NCBI GenBank assembly: GCA_022711335.1
Contig: JAKLFF010000001.1
Span: 40,260 to 104,259 of the forward strand
Length of the DNA: 64,000 nt
Direction: 5' to 3'
DNA from: Patescibacteria group bacterium
Lineage (GTDB): Bacteria; Patescibacteriota; Minisyncoccia; Moranbacterales; UBA2206
Within the stretch, counting starts at the first letter, position 1, and each line of letters opens with the position of its first letter. Under the pieces are notes generated by a model. That model saw only the letters and a list, made by a program, of their open reading frames with translations. It did not search any database and was not told where the DNA came from. Shown piece by piece: positions 15,930 to 25,195 of the stretch. A program made the translations under genes and the position numbers.

Positions 15930-17798
15930 ATGACTGCCAGGGAACTTAGACAGAAATATTTGGATTTTTTTAAGGAGAAGGGACACGCAATTATCCCTTC
16001 GGCTTCAGTTGTCCCAGAAAACGATCCAACGACGCTTTTTATCACCGCTGGAATGCATCCGCTGGTTCCGTATTTAATGGGCGAAAAGCATCCGGATGGA
16101 GATAAATTGGCGGACGTTCAAAAATGCATTCGTACTGTGGACATAGATGAAGTTGGCGACAATCGCCACTTGACTTTTTTTGAAATGCTAGGCAACTGGT
16201 CACTCGGAGATTATTTCAAAAAAGATGCGATTTCCTGGAGCTTTGAATTTTTGACGAACAAAAAATGGCTTGGGCTTGATCCAAAAAGGATTTATGTGAC
16301 TGTTTTTGCGGGAGACAAAAAAGCGGGAGCTGGAAAAGACGAGGAATCAGTCGGGTATTGGAAAGCTGAATTTAAAAAATTAGGAATAGACGCAGGAGTG
16401 TGTGAATTAAATCAGAAAGCTGAAAAAAAAAGCCGCATTTTTATGTTGGGAATGGAGGATAATTTCTGGGGTCCGGCGGGAGAAACCGGCCCTTGTGGCC
16501 CTTGCAGCGAAATGTTTTATGACACTCGACCGGAAGAGGGAGAGCTTCAGGGAACTCACGAGGAGTTGGTGAAATCATTCCGCCTTATGGAAATTTGGAA
16601 TGATGTTTTTATGGAGTTCAATAAGAAAAAAGATGGAACGTACGAAAAAATGGCACGGCAAAATGTAGATACCGGAATGGGCCTCGAAAGGACTGTAACA
16701 GTGCTTAGCGGAACTCCAACTGTTTTTGAAACTGATTTATTTTTGCCAATACTTCAAAAAATTGAAGAAATTTCCGGGAAAAAATATGATGAATCGGAAG
16801 AAACTAAGCGGGCGATGCGAATAATCGCTGATCATATCAAAGCTTCTGTTTTTATTATCGCTGACGGCATGGAACCTTCCAATGTGCAAAGAGGGTATGT
16901 TCTTCGAAGATTAATTCGCCGGGCGATTAGACAGGGACATATTTTGGGAATTAATAATAATTTTACAGCAGAAATTACGAAAATTGTTCAGGAAATGTAT
17001 GGAGATGTTTATCCAGAAGTTGATAATAATAAAATTTTAGAGGTTTTAAATGGAGAAGAAGAGAAATTTAGAAAGACTTTGGAAAATGGGCTAAAAGAAT
17101 TTGATAAATTACAAAACTTTATAGCACAAGAATATCAAAAAAATAGTGAATTAAATTATATAACTGGAGGCGAGTTAGCATTTAAGTTATATCAAACATA
17201 TGGCTTCCCGTTAGAGATGTTTTTTGAAGAATTGGATAGTCGTCAAATTATTTATATAAAAAATAAAGTTGAAGAAAGTTTTAATAAAGAACTGGAAAAA
17301 CACCAGGAGCTTTCTCGAACTGCTAGTGCCGGAATGTTTAAAGGAGGCCTCGCCGATACTTTGGAAAAAACAACTCAACTTCATACTACTGCGCACTTGA
17401 TGCTGGCAGGGCTTAGGAAAGTTTTAGGGTCGCATATCCATCAAAAAGGATCAAATATAAACGGGGAAAGGCTGAGATTTGATTTTTCCCATCCGGAAAA
17501 AATGACGGATGAGCAGAAAAAAGCGGTGGAAGATTTTGTGAATGGAGCGATAAAATCCAATGCGGATGTAATCTTGGAAGAAATGACAGTCGATGAAGCC
17601 AAGTCTTCGGGAGCAGAAGGGGAGTTTGAACATAAGTATGGCGACAAAGTGAAAGTATATACTATTGGCCAATATTCCAAGGAAATCTGCGGCGGTCCCC
17701 ATGTGAAAAATACTTCAGAGATAAAGGGTATCTTTAAGATAAAAAAGGAAGAAAGCTCCAGCGCGGGAGTGAGAAGAATAAAGGCCACAGTGAATTAA
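15930..17798 (+). CDS. alaS: Alanyl-tRNA synthetase, short form (catalytic, tRNA-binding and editing domains; no C-Ala domain)
   Basis: The N-terminus is MTARELRQKYLDFFKEKGHAIIPSASVVP. The class II motifs are present. The editing-domain His/Cys motifs are HTTAHLM...CGGPHV. Confidence 0.9.
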   Translation: MTARELRQKYLDFFKEKGHAIIPSASVVPENDPTTLFITAGMHPLVPYLMGEKHPDGDKLADVQKCIRTVDIDEVGDNRHLTFFEMLGNWSLGDYFKKDAISWSFEFLTNKKWLGLDPKRIYVTVFAGDKKAGAGKDEESVGYWKAEFKKLGIDAGVCELNQKAEKKSRIFMLGMEDNFWGPAGETGPCGPCSEMFYDTRPEEGELQGTHEELVKSFRLMEIWNDVFMEFNKKKDGTYEKMARQNVDTGMGLERTVTVLSGTPTVFETDLFLPILQKIEEISGKKYDESEETKRAMRIIADHIKASVFIIADGMEPSNVQRGYVLRRLIRRAIRQGHILGINNNFTAEITKIVQEMYGDVYPEVDNNKILEVLNGEEEKFRKTLENGLKEFDKLQNFIAQEYQKNSELNYITGGELAFKLYQTYGFPLEMFFEELDSRQIIYIKNKVEESFNKELEKHQELSRTASAGMFKGGLADTLEKTTQLHTTAHLMLAGLRKVLGSHIHQKGSNINGERLRFDFSHPEKMTDEQKKAVEDFVNGAIKSNADVILEEMTVDEAKSSGAEGEFEHKYGDKVKVYTIGQYSKEICGGPHVKNTSEIKGIFKIKKEESSSAGVRRIKATVN

Positions 17799-17831
17799 TA
17801 TACAGCATGTAGCGTATAAAATCGAGCGATA

Positions 17832-17876
17832 AACAGGGAGTGACGCAGAAATTATGCGTTTGCTTCCTGTTTTTTG
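17832..17876 (+). terminator. Rho-independent terminator downstream of alaS
   Basis: The nested hairpin aaacagggagtgacgcagaaattatgcgtttgcttcctg is followed by tttttt. Confidence 0.5.
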
Positions 17877-18008
17877 TCTGAAGCTGGTTTTTTGACAAAT
17901 TCAGTTAAACGTGCTAAAGATACAATACTGAAAAGTAAGGGAGTTTTGCAAAGGGCAGGACTTTCTTGTTTGAGCGAGGAGAAATTTTTTGAGAAAAGGA
18001 GGCAGAAA

Positions 18009-18626
18009 ATGGTGAGAAAGTTCTTTGCAGCGACGGTGTTTTTTTCATTTATGGTTTTGTTTGCAGGTGCGGGACCGGCGTTGGCGTTGCCAACTCTTTA
18101 TCTGGACACTTTGCCTTCACAAACGGCCGGGGGGTATTATGTAGGGTACTCCGGCGGGCATCTGGACGGGGGACCGCCAATGGGTTTCTTATGCAATGAC
18201 TTTGCACATACGTCGTATGTGCCGAGTCACTTTGAGGTCAACGTCAGCACAATCCCAAGCCTGACATTCGCCAGATTCGGAAACGATGCAGCGGCGATTT
18301 TAAAGTATCAGGAGGCGGCGTGGCTGATGCTGCAGATGGATACGCATCCGGATGATGTCGGGAGCATACAGTATGCCATTTGGAACGTGTTCGCTCCTTC
18401 GACGCCAGACTATGGGACGTCGAACGCATGGCTGGCGTCGGCCGCTGGCGCTAACATGTCATTGTATGATTTTTCGTCTGTTCGCATCTATACCGCGACA
18501 GGCGCAGAAGCCTGGAACCAGGAGTTCATGTCCGGACACGCTTCTGCCGTGCCGGAGCCCGCATCAATGTTGCTGCTTGGATCCGGGCTCCTCGGCCTGG
18601 TGGGGGTCAAGAGAAAGTTCCTTTAG
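18009..18626 (+). CDS. Secreted PEP-CTERM sorting-domain protein, compositionally foreign (GC-rich)
   Basis: The signal peptide is MVRKFFAATVFFSFMVLFAGAGPALA. The C-terminus VPEPASMLLLGSGLLGLVGVKRKFL is a PEP motif, a TM helix and a basic cluster. A strong SD aaggagg precedes the ATG at 18009. GC content is visibly much higher than in the flanking genes. Confidence 0.6.
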   Translation: MVRKFFAATVFFSFMVLFAGAGPALALPTLYLDTLPSQTAGGYYVGYSGGHLDGGPPMGFLCNDFAHTSYVPSHFEVNVSTIPSLTFARFGNDAAAILKYQEAAWLMLQMDTHPDDVGSIQYAIWNVFAPSTPDYGTSNAWLASAAGANMSLYDFSSVRIYTATGAEAWNQEFMSGHASAVPEPASMLLLGSGLLGLVGVKRKFL

Positions 18627-18760
18627 CAGCTAGTGCAGGATGGGGTGTGTGAGACTTAAACAGTCTTCGCGCACTCCGTCCTGTTTTTTTATTCCTGTCT
18701 ATTGCATTCATATTCCATAGATGCTAAATTTTACATAAGAATAAAGAGTAATTAAAACAT

Positions 18761-19987
18761 ATGCCAAAAGTTATAACTGACGAAAAATTAATAGATGAAC
18801 TTTTAAGCCGGAGTGTTGCTGAAATTTTACCGTCAAAAAAAGACCTTAAGGATCTATTGACGTCGGGGAAAAGAATACGAATTTATATTGGCACCGATCC
18901 TACCGGAACATCACTTCACATCGGGCATGCAACTAATTATATAATTCTTGAAAAATTCAGAAAACTTGGTCATGAAGTTATTTTCTTAATCGGTGATTTT
19001 ACTGCTCGCATCGGAGATCCTTCGGACAAAAATTCAGTTCGTAAACAATTAACAAGGAAAGATGTAAAGAAAAATGTTGAAACCTGGCTGAAACAGATAG
19101 AGCCTATAATAAGCATTAAAGATAAAAACAACCCCGTAATAATTAAATATAATCATGACTGGCTGTCCAAACTGACATTTGAGGACGTTGTTAATCTAGC
19201 TTCTAATTTTACGGTCCAGCAGATGCTGGAGAGGGACATGTTTGAGAAGAGAATGAAAGATGGCAAGCCGATATTTCTGCATGAATTTTTTTATCCGTTA
19301 ATGCAGGGATATGACAGCGTGGCTATGGATGTTGATATTGAAATGTGTGGGAATGACCAAAAATTCAACGCTTTGGCAGGAAGAACTCTCTTAAGGAAGC
19401 TTAAGAACAAGGAAAAATTCGTTTTTATTACAACCCTTCTTGAAAATCCTGTAACGGGAGAAAAGATGATGTCTAAAAGCTTAGGAACAGGCGTGTTTTT
19501 GGATGGGGACAGCAATAATATGTTTGGGAAAATTATGGCTCAGCCCGATGAAAATTTGCCACAGCTATTCGCTGATTGCACCTATATATCAATGAACGAA
19601 GTCAATAAAATTAAAAATTCGCTAAAGGATTCTGAAGTTAATCCTAGAGATGTTAAATTGCGGTTAGCTTTTGAAATCGTAAAAATTTACCACGGTGAAA
19701 AAAAAGCCCAGGAAGCCAAAGAATATTTTGAAAAAGTTTTTTCACGGAAAGAAACTCCGGATGAAATCCAGGAAATAAAAATCAAAGAAGGAGAAAACAT
19801 TGTTGATTTTATAGTCAGAGCAGGAATGGCGGAGAGCAAAAGCGACGCGCGGAGGAAAATTGAGCAGGGCGGAGTGAAAATTGGCGGCGAAACAGTGAAA
19901 GATTCCAGTCTTGTTATTGGTAGTAGCTTTGACGGGAAGATTTTGAAGGTTGGAAAAAGAGAGTTTCGAAAAATCACCCTTGCATAA
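18761..19987 (+). CDS. tyrS: Tyrosyl-tRNA synthetase with C-terminal S4 domain
   Basis: The HIGH motif is GTDPTGTSLHIGHA and the KMSKS-like motif is KMMSKSLG. The S4-like C-terminus is IVDFIVRAGMAESKSDARRKIEQGGVKIGG. Confidence 0.85.
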   Translation: MPKVITDEKLIDELLSRSVAEILPSKKDLKDLLTSGKRIRIYIGTDPTGTSLHIGHATNYIILEKFRKLGHEVIFLIGDFTARIGDPSDKNSVRKQLTRKDVKKNVETWLKQIEPIISIKDKNNPVIIKYNHDWLSKLTFEDVVNLASNFTVQQMLERDMFEKRMKDGKPIFLHEFFYPLMQGYDSVAMDVDIEMCGNDQKFNALAGRTLLRKLKNKEKFVFITTLLENPVTGEKMMSKSLGTGVFLDGDSNNMFGKIMAQPDENLPQLFADCTYISMNEVNKIKNSLKDSEVNPRDVKLRLAFEIVKIYHGEKKAQEAKEYFEKVFSRKETPDEIQEIKIKEGENIVDFIVRAGMAESKSDARRKIEQGGVKIGGETVKDSSLVIGSSFDGKILKVGKREFRKITLA

Positions 19988-20087
19988 TTTTTAGATTTGT
20001 TGTAGATTACTAATTGTCTAATTAAAATTAAATAGAAAAAATTGCGCAGACTCAAGACTAAAGCGCAATTTAGAAAAAAAGAAAGAG

Positions 20088-20516
20088 ATGCAGGAAGGAA
20101 ATAGAATTAATAGCGGAAAAACTATTAATTTTGGAGTCCACTTGACTCTTGACGGATACCGAGGCGATCCGGAAAAGCTCAACAGCAAAGAGCTGGTAAC
20201 AAAATGCCTCAGCGAACTTCCAGAAAAATTGGGGATGCGGAAAATATTCGGACCGGAAGTGGTTGAATGCGGGGAAATGAATTCCAAAGATTCCGGGGGT
20301 TTCAGCGGTTTTGTCGTGATTGCGGAAAGTCACATAAGCTGCCACACTTTTCCTTTTAGAAAGTTTGTAAGCATAGATGTTTACACCTGCCGGGAGGAAA
20401 TGGATAAAGACTTCGTTATAAAATATTTTAGGGAAGCTTTTGATCTCGAGGATGTTGAAACAAACTACATTGTTCGGGGTACTCGGTTTCCATCAGAAGA
20501 TTTAGCAAAGGTATAA
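20088..20516 (+). CDS. speH: S-adenosylmethionine decarboxylase proenzyme (pyruvoyl-dependent, class 1b)
   Basis: The self-cleavage motif VIAESHISCHTFP (ES|H) is present. The size is ~140 aa. Confidence 0.8.
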   Translation: MQEGNRINSGKTINFGVHLTLDGYRGDPEKLNSKELVTKCLSELPEKLGMRKIFGPEVVECGEMNSKDSGGFSGFVVIAESHISCHTFPFRKFVSIDVYTCREEMDKDFVIKYFREAFDLEDVETNYIVRGTRFPSEDLAKV

Positions 20517-20534
20517 TTTTTCGAACTATCAAGC

Positions 20535-20558
20535 AGAGCGCCAATTGGCGCTCTTTTG
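20535..20558 (+). terminator. Rho-independent terminator after speH
   Basis: agagcgccaattggcgctct followed by tttgcg. Confidence 0.6.
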
Positions 20559-20700
20559 CGTCCTTCATGTTCCGGGATATCTGTTTTTTAGAAAGCGGGC
20601 GGGGCGGCGCCATAATAAGTTGTCATATCTCGGTATTTATTTTATAATTAACCTACGAGCGGGAAATAAAACATAAATACAAAGCTAAGCCGGTTTTATT

Positions 20701-21969
20701 ATGGGAATTTTTTCAAAAATTTTAGGTTTCGGAAACATTTCACAGGATTTTTTGCTTTCTTTGGATATAGGGACGGAAGTGGTAAAAGCACTAGTTTTTA
20801 AAATCAATAAAGAAAGCGGATTAGGGATAGTAAAAGGAGTTGGAAGATCAAGGCAAGGGCTTAAAGATATGCATAGCGGAGCTGTTTCTGATATAAAGGG
20901 AGTTATTGATAATTCAAAAAAAGCGATTGAAATGGCCAAAAACATGGCCGGAGCCAGAAAGATAGAAAAAGCTGTCATTGGAATTGCCGGAGAGCTGGTA
21001 AAAGGAACAACTACTACTGTTCATTATGAAAGAATTCGCCCGGAAATTCGAATTGATCTTCCGGAACTCAAAAACATTATTCAAAAAGTCCAATGGAAAG
21101 CCTTTGACCGCATCAGGCAGCAGCTGGCCTGGGAAACGGGACACAGCGAAATTGAAGTGAAGCTGATAAACGCGGCGATTGTGGATGTTCGGATCGATGG
21201 ATACAAGGTGACCAACCCAATCGGTTTTCAGGGACGCGACGTATCTATCGCTGTTTTTAATGCATATGCCCCGATGATTCATTTAGGGGCGCTTCAGGCT
21301 ATTGCGGATGAATTGAAACTGGAGCTGCTAAATGTTGCGGCTGAACCTTACGCTGTGGCCAAATCTATGGGACTTGACGATATAACTGACTTTAATGCGA
21401 TTTTTATTGATATAGGAGGAGGAACGACCGACATCGCGGTAGTGAGAAACGGCGGACTGGAAGGAACAAAAATGTTTGCTTTAGGAGGCAGGGCTTTTAC
21501 AAAAAGACTAGCGCATGAACTGGGCGTGGGATTTGAAGAAGCGGAGGTTTTGAAAATAAGGTATTCTGAAGGAAAATTAGGGCGGGACGTCAGTATGAAA
21601 GTAGAAAGGATATTGGAAGACGATTGCAATGTTTGGCTTTCCGGCATTGAACTTTCTCTTTCTGAGTTTGCTTCAAGCGATCTTCTTCCTCATAGATTTT
21701 TCCTTTGCGGCGGAGGTTCTGGCCTTCCGGGAATAAAAAAGGCGCTTGTATCTTCTGGATGGACGGGAAATCTTCCCTTTGCCAGAATTCCGGAAGTTAG
21801 TTTTTTGCAGCCTAAAGACGTGGTTAATATAAAAGATGAAACAGGCGAGCTTCGCGATCCGCAAGATATAACGCCAATGGGATTGGCCAATCTGGCCTTA
21901 GATCTGGTTGGCGAAGAAAAAGTTATGGCCGGAATCTTAAGAAGAGCGGTAAAAATGATACAAAAATAG
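20701..21969 (+). CDS. Actin-fold ATPase of the FtsA/PilM family (FtsA-like)
   Basis: Phosphate-1 is LSLDIGTEVVKALVF. Phosphate-2/adenosine is IFIDIGGGTTDIAVV...FALGGRAF. The length of 422 aa fits FtsA, but no ftsZ lies downstream. Confidence 0.6.
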   Translation: MGIFSKILGFGNISQDFLLSLDIGTEVVKALVFKINKESGLGIVKGVGRSRQGLKDMHSGAVSDIKGVIDNSKKAIEMAKNMAGARKIEKAVIGIAGELVKGTTTTVHYERIRPEIRIDLPELKNIIQKVQWKAFDRIRQQLAWETGHSEIEVKLINAAIVDVRIDGYKVTNPIGFQGRDVSIAVFNAYAPMIHLGALQAIADELKLELLNVAAEPYAVAKSMGLDDITDFNAIFIDIGGGTTDIAVVRNGGLEGTKMFALGGRAFTKRLAHELGVGFEEAEVLKIRYSEGKLGRDVSMKVERILEDDCNVWLSGIELSLSEFASSDLLPHRFFLCGGGSGLPGIKKALVSSGWTGNLPFARIPEVSFLQPKDVVNIKDETGELRDPQDITPMGLANLALDLVGEEKVMAGILRRAVKMIQK

Positions 21970-22105
21970 AATTTTGAATTTGGAATTTTGAATTTGGAAT
22001 TAAAATGCAAAAAATAAAAAATACATAAATTATCATAGTGCCAATTTATTTTTTGGGCTTATATTTATTCTAAATTCTAAATACTAAATTCTAAATTTCA
22101 ATTTT
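21968..22105. repeat. Inverted arrays of heptameric GAATTT(N)/GGAATTT repeats in the intergenic region
   Basis: The left arm is gaattttgaatttggaattttgaatttggaatt. The right arm is ttctaaattctaaatactaaattctaaatttc. The architecture matches 6977..7105. Confidence 0.6.
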
Positions 22106-24115
22106 ATGCACCAGACATTCTATATCGATATAGATGAAGAAATCACTTCTATAGTCGAAAAATTGAGAAATTCAAAATCAGGAGAAGTTGTGCTCGTTGT
22201 TCCCAAGAGAGCGTTGCTTATCCAGAGCATCGTCAATCTTCGGCTTCTCAAAAAAGAAGCCGACTCGCTGAATGTTTCCTTGAGTATTGTTACTCAAGAC
22301 AATTTGGGGAAGGTTTTAGTTGAAAAAGCAGGCATATTTTACCAAGAAAGCCTGAAGGAAACAGAAAATGATGAGATAATAAGAAGTGAAAGCAGAATTG
22401 GCGAAAGCTATTTTGACAATCGCGACTATTCGAAAATAGGGGACAATCTTCATTCAGAGGAAGAAAAAATGGGAAAAATAGGTTCCGACAGTTATTTTGA
22501 CAGGAGCAGCAATCTTTCTTCTGAAATGGACAAGGATAAAAAAGCTGTTTTTAGAAACGTTTCTCCGGAACAGCCTTCCTCTTCCAGCCAGCCAAGTAGT
22601 GAGAAAATTTTAAATAAAGAATTGGTTTTGGGATTTGGAAATAATGCCAATTTAAAAAAAGGAGCTGTCAGCATAGACTCCTCGCTGTCTTCTTATCAAA
22701 TGCATCCAAGTCAAGCAGGTTTGCCGCAAGCGCCTGTGCAGGCGGCCAGAAATAATCCCCCGTCTGTTTCTAGGCCTTCCGAATTATTTCCTCGACCAAT
22801 AGAAGGCGTACGGGGAAATGCTTATGCTGGCCGGTCGGGAGACAGAAAAATAGATAATTTTTTCCAACATGGAAATTATTCTGTTCCGGCAGAAGAAAGC
22901 AAAAACGGTTTCAAGAACGCCAGCCTTTCTAAGAAAACATTTAAAGTTTTTTGGATTTTCGGGCTGATTCTTATTTTGCTTGTTTTGGCAGCGGCTGCTT
23001 ATTTCATAGTGCCCAAAGCAGATGTTGTCATTACTGCGAAGGGGACTCAAAAGGCTCAGGAAGCAGAAGTGAAAGCTGACGCTAAAATTGAAACAGTGAA
23101 TTATGAGGAAAAAGTTATTCCAGCAGAGGCAGTTTCAACTGTTGTAACGGCTTCGAAAAGCGTAATTCCCAGTGGAAACAAAGGGGCATCGAGTGGAAAA
23201 AAGGCCAGAGGGACGATCACTATATATAATGAGTTTAGTTCAGCCAGCCAGTCTCTTGTAGCGACGACGCGCTTTCAATCGGAAGATGGAAAAATATTCA
23301 GGCTGGAAAAGGGGGTTACTGTTCCTGGAACGTCAAAAGAAGGCGGGGAAACTAAAGCCGGAACAATCGAAGTGGAAGTAGCGGCAGATGAATCCGGAGA
23401 ATCCTATAATATCAGCCCTTCAAAATTTACTATTCCTGGATTTAAAGATAGCGGAAACGGAAAATACGAAAAGATTTACGCCAAATCAGAAAAAGCGATG
23501 TCTGGCGGAGGAAGCGAAAATAGCTCTTCGGAGGGAGGAAATAAAAAAATAACGGAAGCGGATATAGCCGGAGCAAAAAGCAAAATTTTATCGGATCTTC
23601 AAACCCAGGTAAGGAATAAAATCGAAGAATCGGCTGGAGAGGGAATGGTCGTTTTGGATGATGCCATCAATAGCGAGGAAGCGGTTTATACTCTTTCAAA
23701 TTCAGCTGGAGAAGCAGTCGAAAAATTCGAAATCAAAGCGCAAATGAAAGTAAACGCGCTGGTTTTCAAAAAATCTGACTTGGAAAATGTCGTAGGAAAA
23801 ATTGCCGCTAATTCAGGAAACGGAAAAACTAGCCTGGAAGGAAGTTCAATGGATATTTCTTATGGCAAGGCAGATGTTGATTTTAAGGCCGAAACTGTTC
23901 TAATTAAAGCAATCGGAACGATTAAAAACGGCTCAGACATTGATTTGGAAAATATCAAGAAGGAAATTTTAGGAAAAACAAATGAAGAATTGGAAACATA
24001 TTTGGGTGCTTATCCGAACATAGAAAAAGTGGATGTAACCTATTGGCCGCCGTTTCTAAATGGAAAAATTCCCCTTTATGAGAAACGGGTCAATGTGGCG
24101 GTAGAAGTCGAATAA
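22106..24115 (+). CDS. Hypothetical bitopic membrane protein (cytoplasmic N-domain, Ser/Pro-rich linker, single TM, large extracytoplasmic domain)
   Basis: 669 aa with the TM segment FWIFGLILILLVLAAAAYFIV near residue 290. I recognise no family motif. Confidence 0.55.
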   Translation: MHQTFYIDIDEEITSIVEKLRNSKSGEVVLVVPKRALLIQSIVNLRLLKKEADSLNVSLSIVTQDNLGKVLVEKAGIFYQESLKETENDEIIRSESRIGESYFDNRDYSKIGDNLHSEEEKMGKIGSDSYFDRSSNLSSEMDKDKKAVFRNVSPEQPSSSSQPSSEKILNKELVLGFGNNANLKKGAVSIDSSLSSYQMHPSQAGLPQAPVQAARNNPPSVSRPSELFPRPIEGVRGNAYAGRSGDRKIDNFFQHGNYSVPAEESKNGFKNASLSKKTFKVFWIFGLILILLVLAAAAYFIVPKADVVITAKGTQKAQEAEVKADAKIETVNYEEKVIPAEAVSTVVTASKSVIPSGNKGASSGKKARGTITIYNEFSSASQSLVATTRFQSEDGKIFRLEKGVTVPGTSKEGGETKAGTIEVEVAADESGESYNISPSKFTIPGFKDSGNGKYEKIYAKSEKAMSGGGSENSSSEGGNKKITEADIAGAKSKILSDLQTQVRNKIEESAGEGMVVLDDAINSEEAVYTLSNSAGEAVEKFEIKAQMKVNALVFKKSDLENVVGKIAANSGNGKTSLEGSSMDISYGKADVDFKAETVLIKAIGTIKNGSDIDLENIKKEILGKTNEELETYLGAYPNIEKVDVTYWPPFLNGKIPLYEKRVNVAVEVE

Positions 24116-24276
24116 TTAGTGCTATTGACAAACAAATCCGAACCGTATACTATTAACCAAGACGCTCAAAACAAAATAGAATCGTTAATAGAGGGAAAAA
24201 TGAATTTCAGGAATTAGGATTGATTTCTGTCCCCATTTTTTGTTTTGGCGAATAAAAGCGGTTTTTATAAAAAACA

Positions 24277-24498
24277 ATGTCAAAAGACAAGGAGCTGGTC
24301 AAATTAGAGGGCGTGGTTGAAGAAACCTTGCCAAGCACAACCTTCAAGGTCAAGCTTGACAATGGACACGAAATATTGGCTCATATATCGGGAAGAATGA
24401 GGGTAAATTACATCCGCCTTATCCCGGGAGACCGGGTTTTGGTTGAAATGAGCCCGTATGATTTGACAAAAGGCAGGATAACTCAAAGGTTAAAATAG
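24277..24498 (+). CDS. infA: Translation initiation factor IF-1
   Basis: [42 protein letters not shown] is the S1-like IF-1 sequence. Confidence 0.9.
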   Translation: MSKDKELVKLEGVVEETLPSTTFKVKLDNGHEILAHISGRMRVNYIRLIPGDRVLVEMSPYDLTKGRITQRLK

Positions 24499-24661
24499 GT
24501 TTTTATCCCGCACCAATTCCGAACAGAAATAGTTGCTAAACAAGAATTATCACTCGGAAGCGCCTGCGGCTTAATTTTTAAGAATTATTTGTATTGTCTT
24601 GTGAGTTGGTGCGGGATGCTCAATTTTGTGGCTGCTCGCTCCGCTCGCAGACAAAATTGGC

Positions 24662-24775
24662 ATGAAAGTCAGAGCTTCAGTAAAAAAAATTTGTGATAAA
24701 TGCAAGACAATAAAGCGCAAAGGAAAACTTTACGTTATTTGTCCCAACCCAAAACATAAGCAGCGCCAAGGCTAA
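24662..24775 (+). CDS. rpmJ: 50S ribosomal protein L36 (37 aa; not in the supplied ORF track)
   Basis: The sequence translates to [37 protein letters not shown]. It has the zinc ribbon C-x2-C...C-x4-H and the canonical position between infA and rpsM. Confidence 0.85.
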   Translation: MKVRASVKKICDKCKTIKRKGKLYVICPNPKHKQRQG

Positions 24776-24808
24776 CTGCGTTGCTGTTTTTCATAATCTA
24801 AAAAAAGT

Positions 24809-25195
24809 ATGTTGCGAATTGTAGGGATAAATATTCCCGATGACAAAAGAATAGCCGTATCTCTAACCTATATTTATGGGATAGGCGCGAGCACCGCTTC
24901 CAAGATTTTGGGCGAGCTGGAAATTTCCGAATCAAAAAGGACAAAGGAACTTAGCGAAGAAGAGCAGAATAAAATCAGGAACTATATTGAAAAAAGGGTG
25001 AAAGTAGAAGGGGAGCTGAAGCATGAAATCCGCGGAAATATCAAAAGACTCAAAGAAGTCGGCGTTTATCGGGGAATAAGGCATCAGCGGGGACTGCCGG
25101 TCAGGGGGCAGAGGACAAAGACTAATACGAGAACAGTTCGGGGAAACATAAGAAGAACTATGGGAAGCGGAAGAGTGAAAACAGAAAAAACTTAA
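24809..25195 (+). CDS. rpsM: 30S ribosomal protein S13
   Basis: MLRIVGINIPDDKRIAVSLTYIYGIG...GVYRGIRHQRGLPVRGQRTKTN. Confidence 0.9.
   Translation: MLRIVGINIPDDKRIAVSLTYIYGIGASTASKILGELEISESKRTKELSEEEQNKIRNYIEKRVKVEGELKHEIRGNIKRLKEVGVYRGIRHQRGLPVRGQRTKTNTRTVRGNIRRTMGSGRVKTEKT

Noticed and set aside
17874-18008. Upstream extension of the PEP-CTERM ORF to an ATG at 17874
   Set aside because: The signal peptide begins at the Met at 18009, which has a strong AAGGAGG SD. The upstream extension is AT-rich host-like sequence before the GC shift.
18627-18760. T-box leader upstream of tyrS (and alaS)
   Set aside because: No T-box consensus (AATTAGGGTGGNACCGCG) or specifier-loop architecture is visible. 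The intergenic sequence is mostly an AT-rich promoter-like region with a short hairpin.
4262-22105. CRISPR array hypothesis for the GAATTT repeat regions
   Set aside because: The period is 7 bp and the units are directly abutting, without unique spacers of 25-40 bp. No cas genes are in the window.
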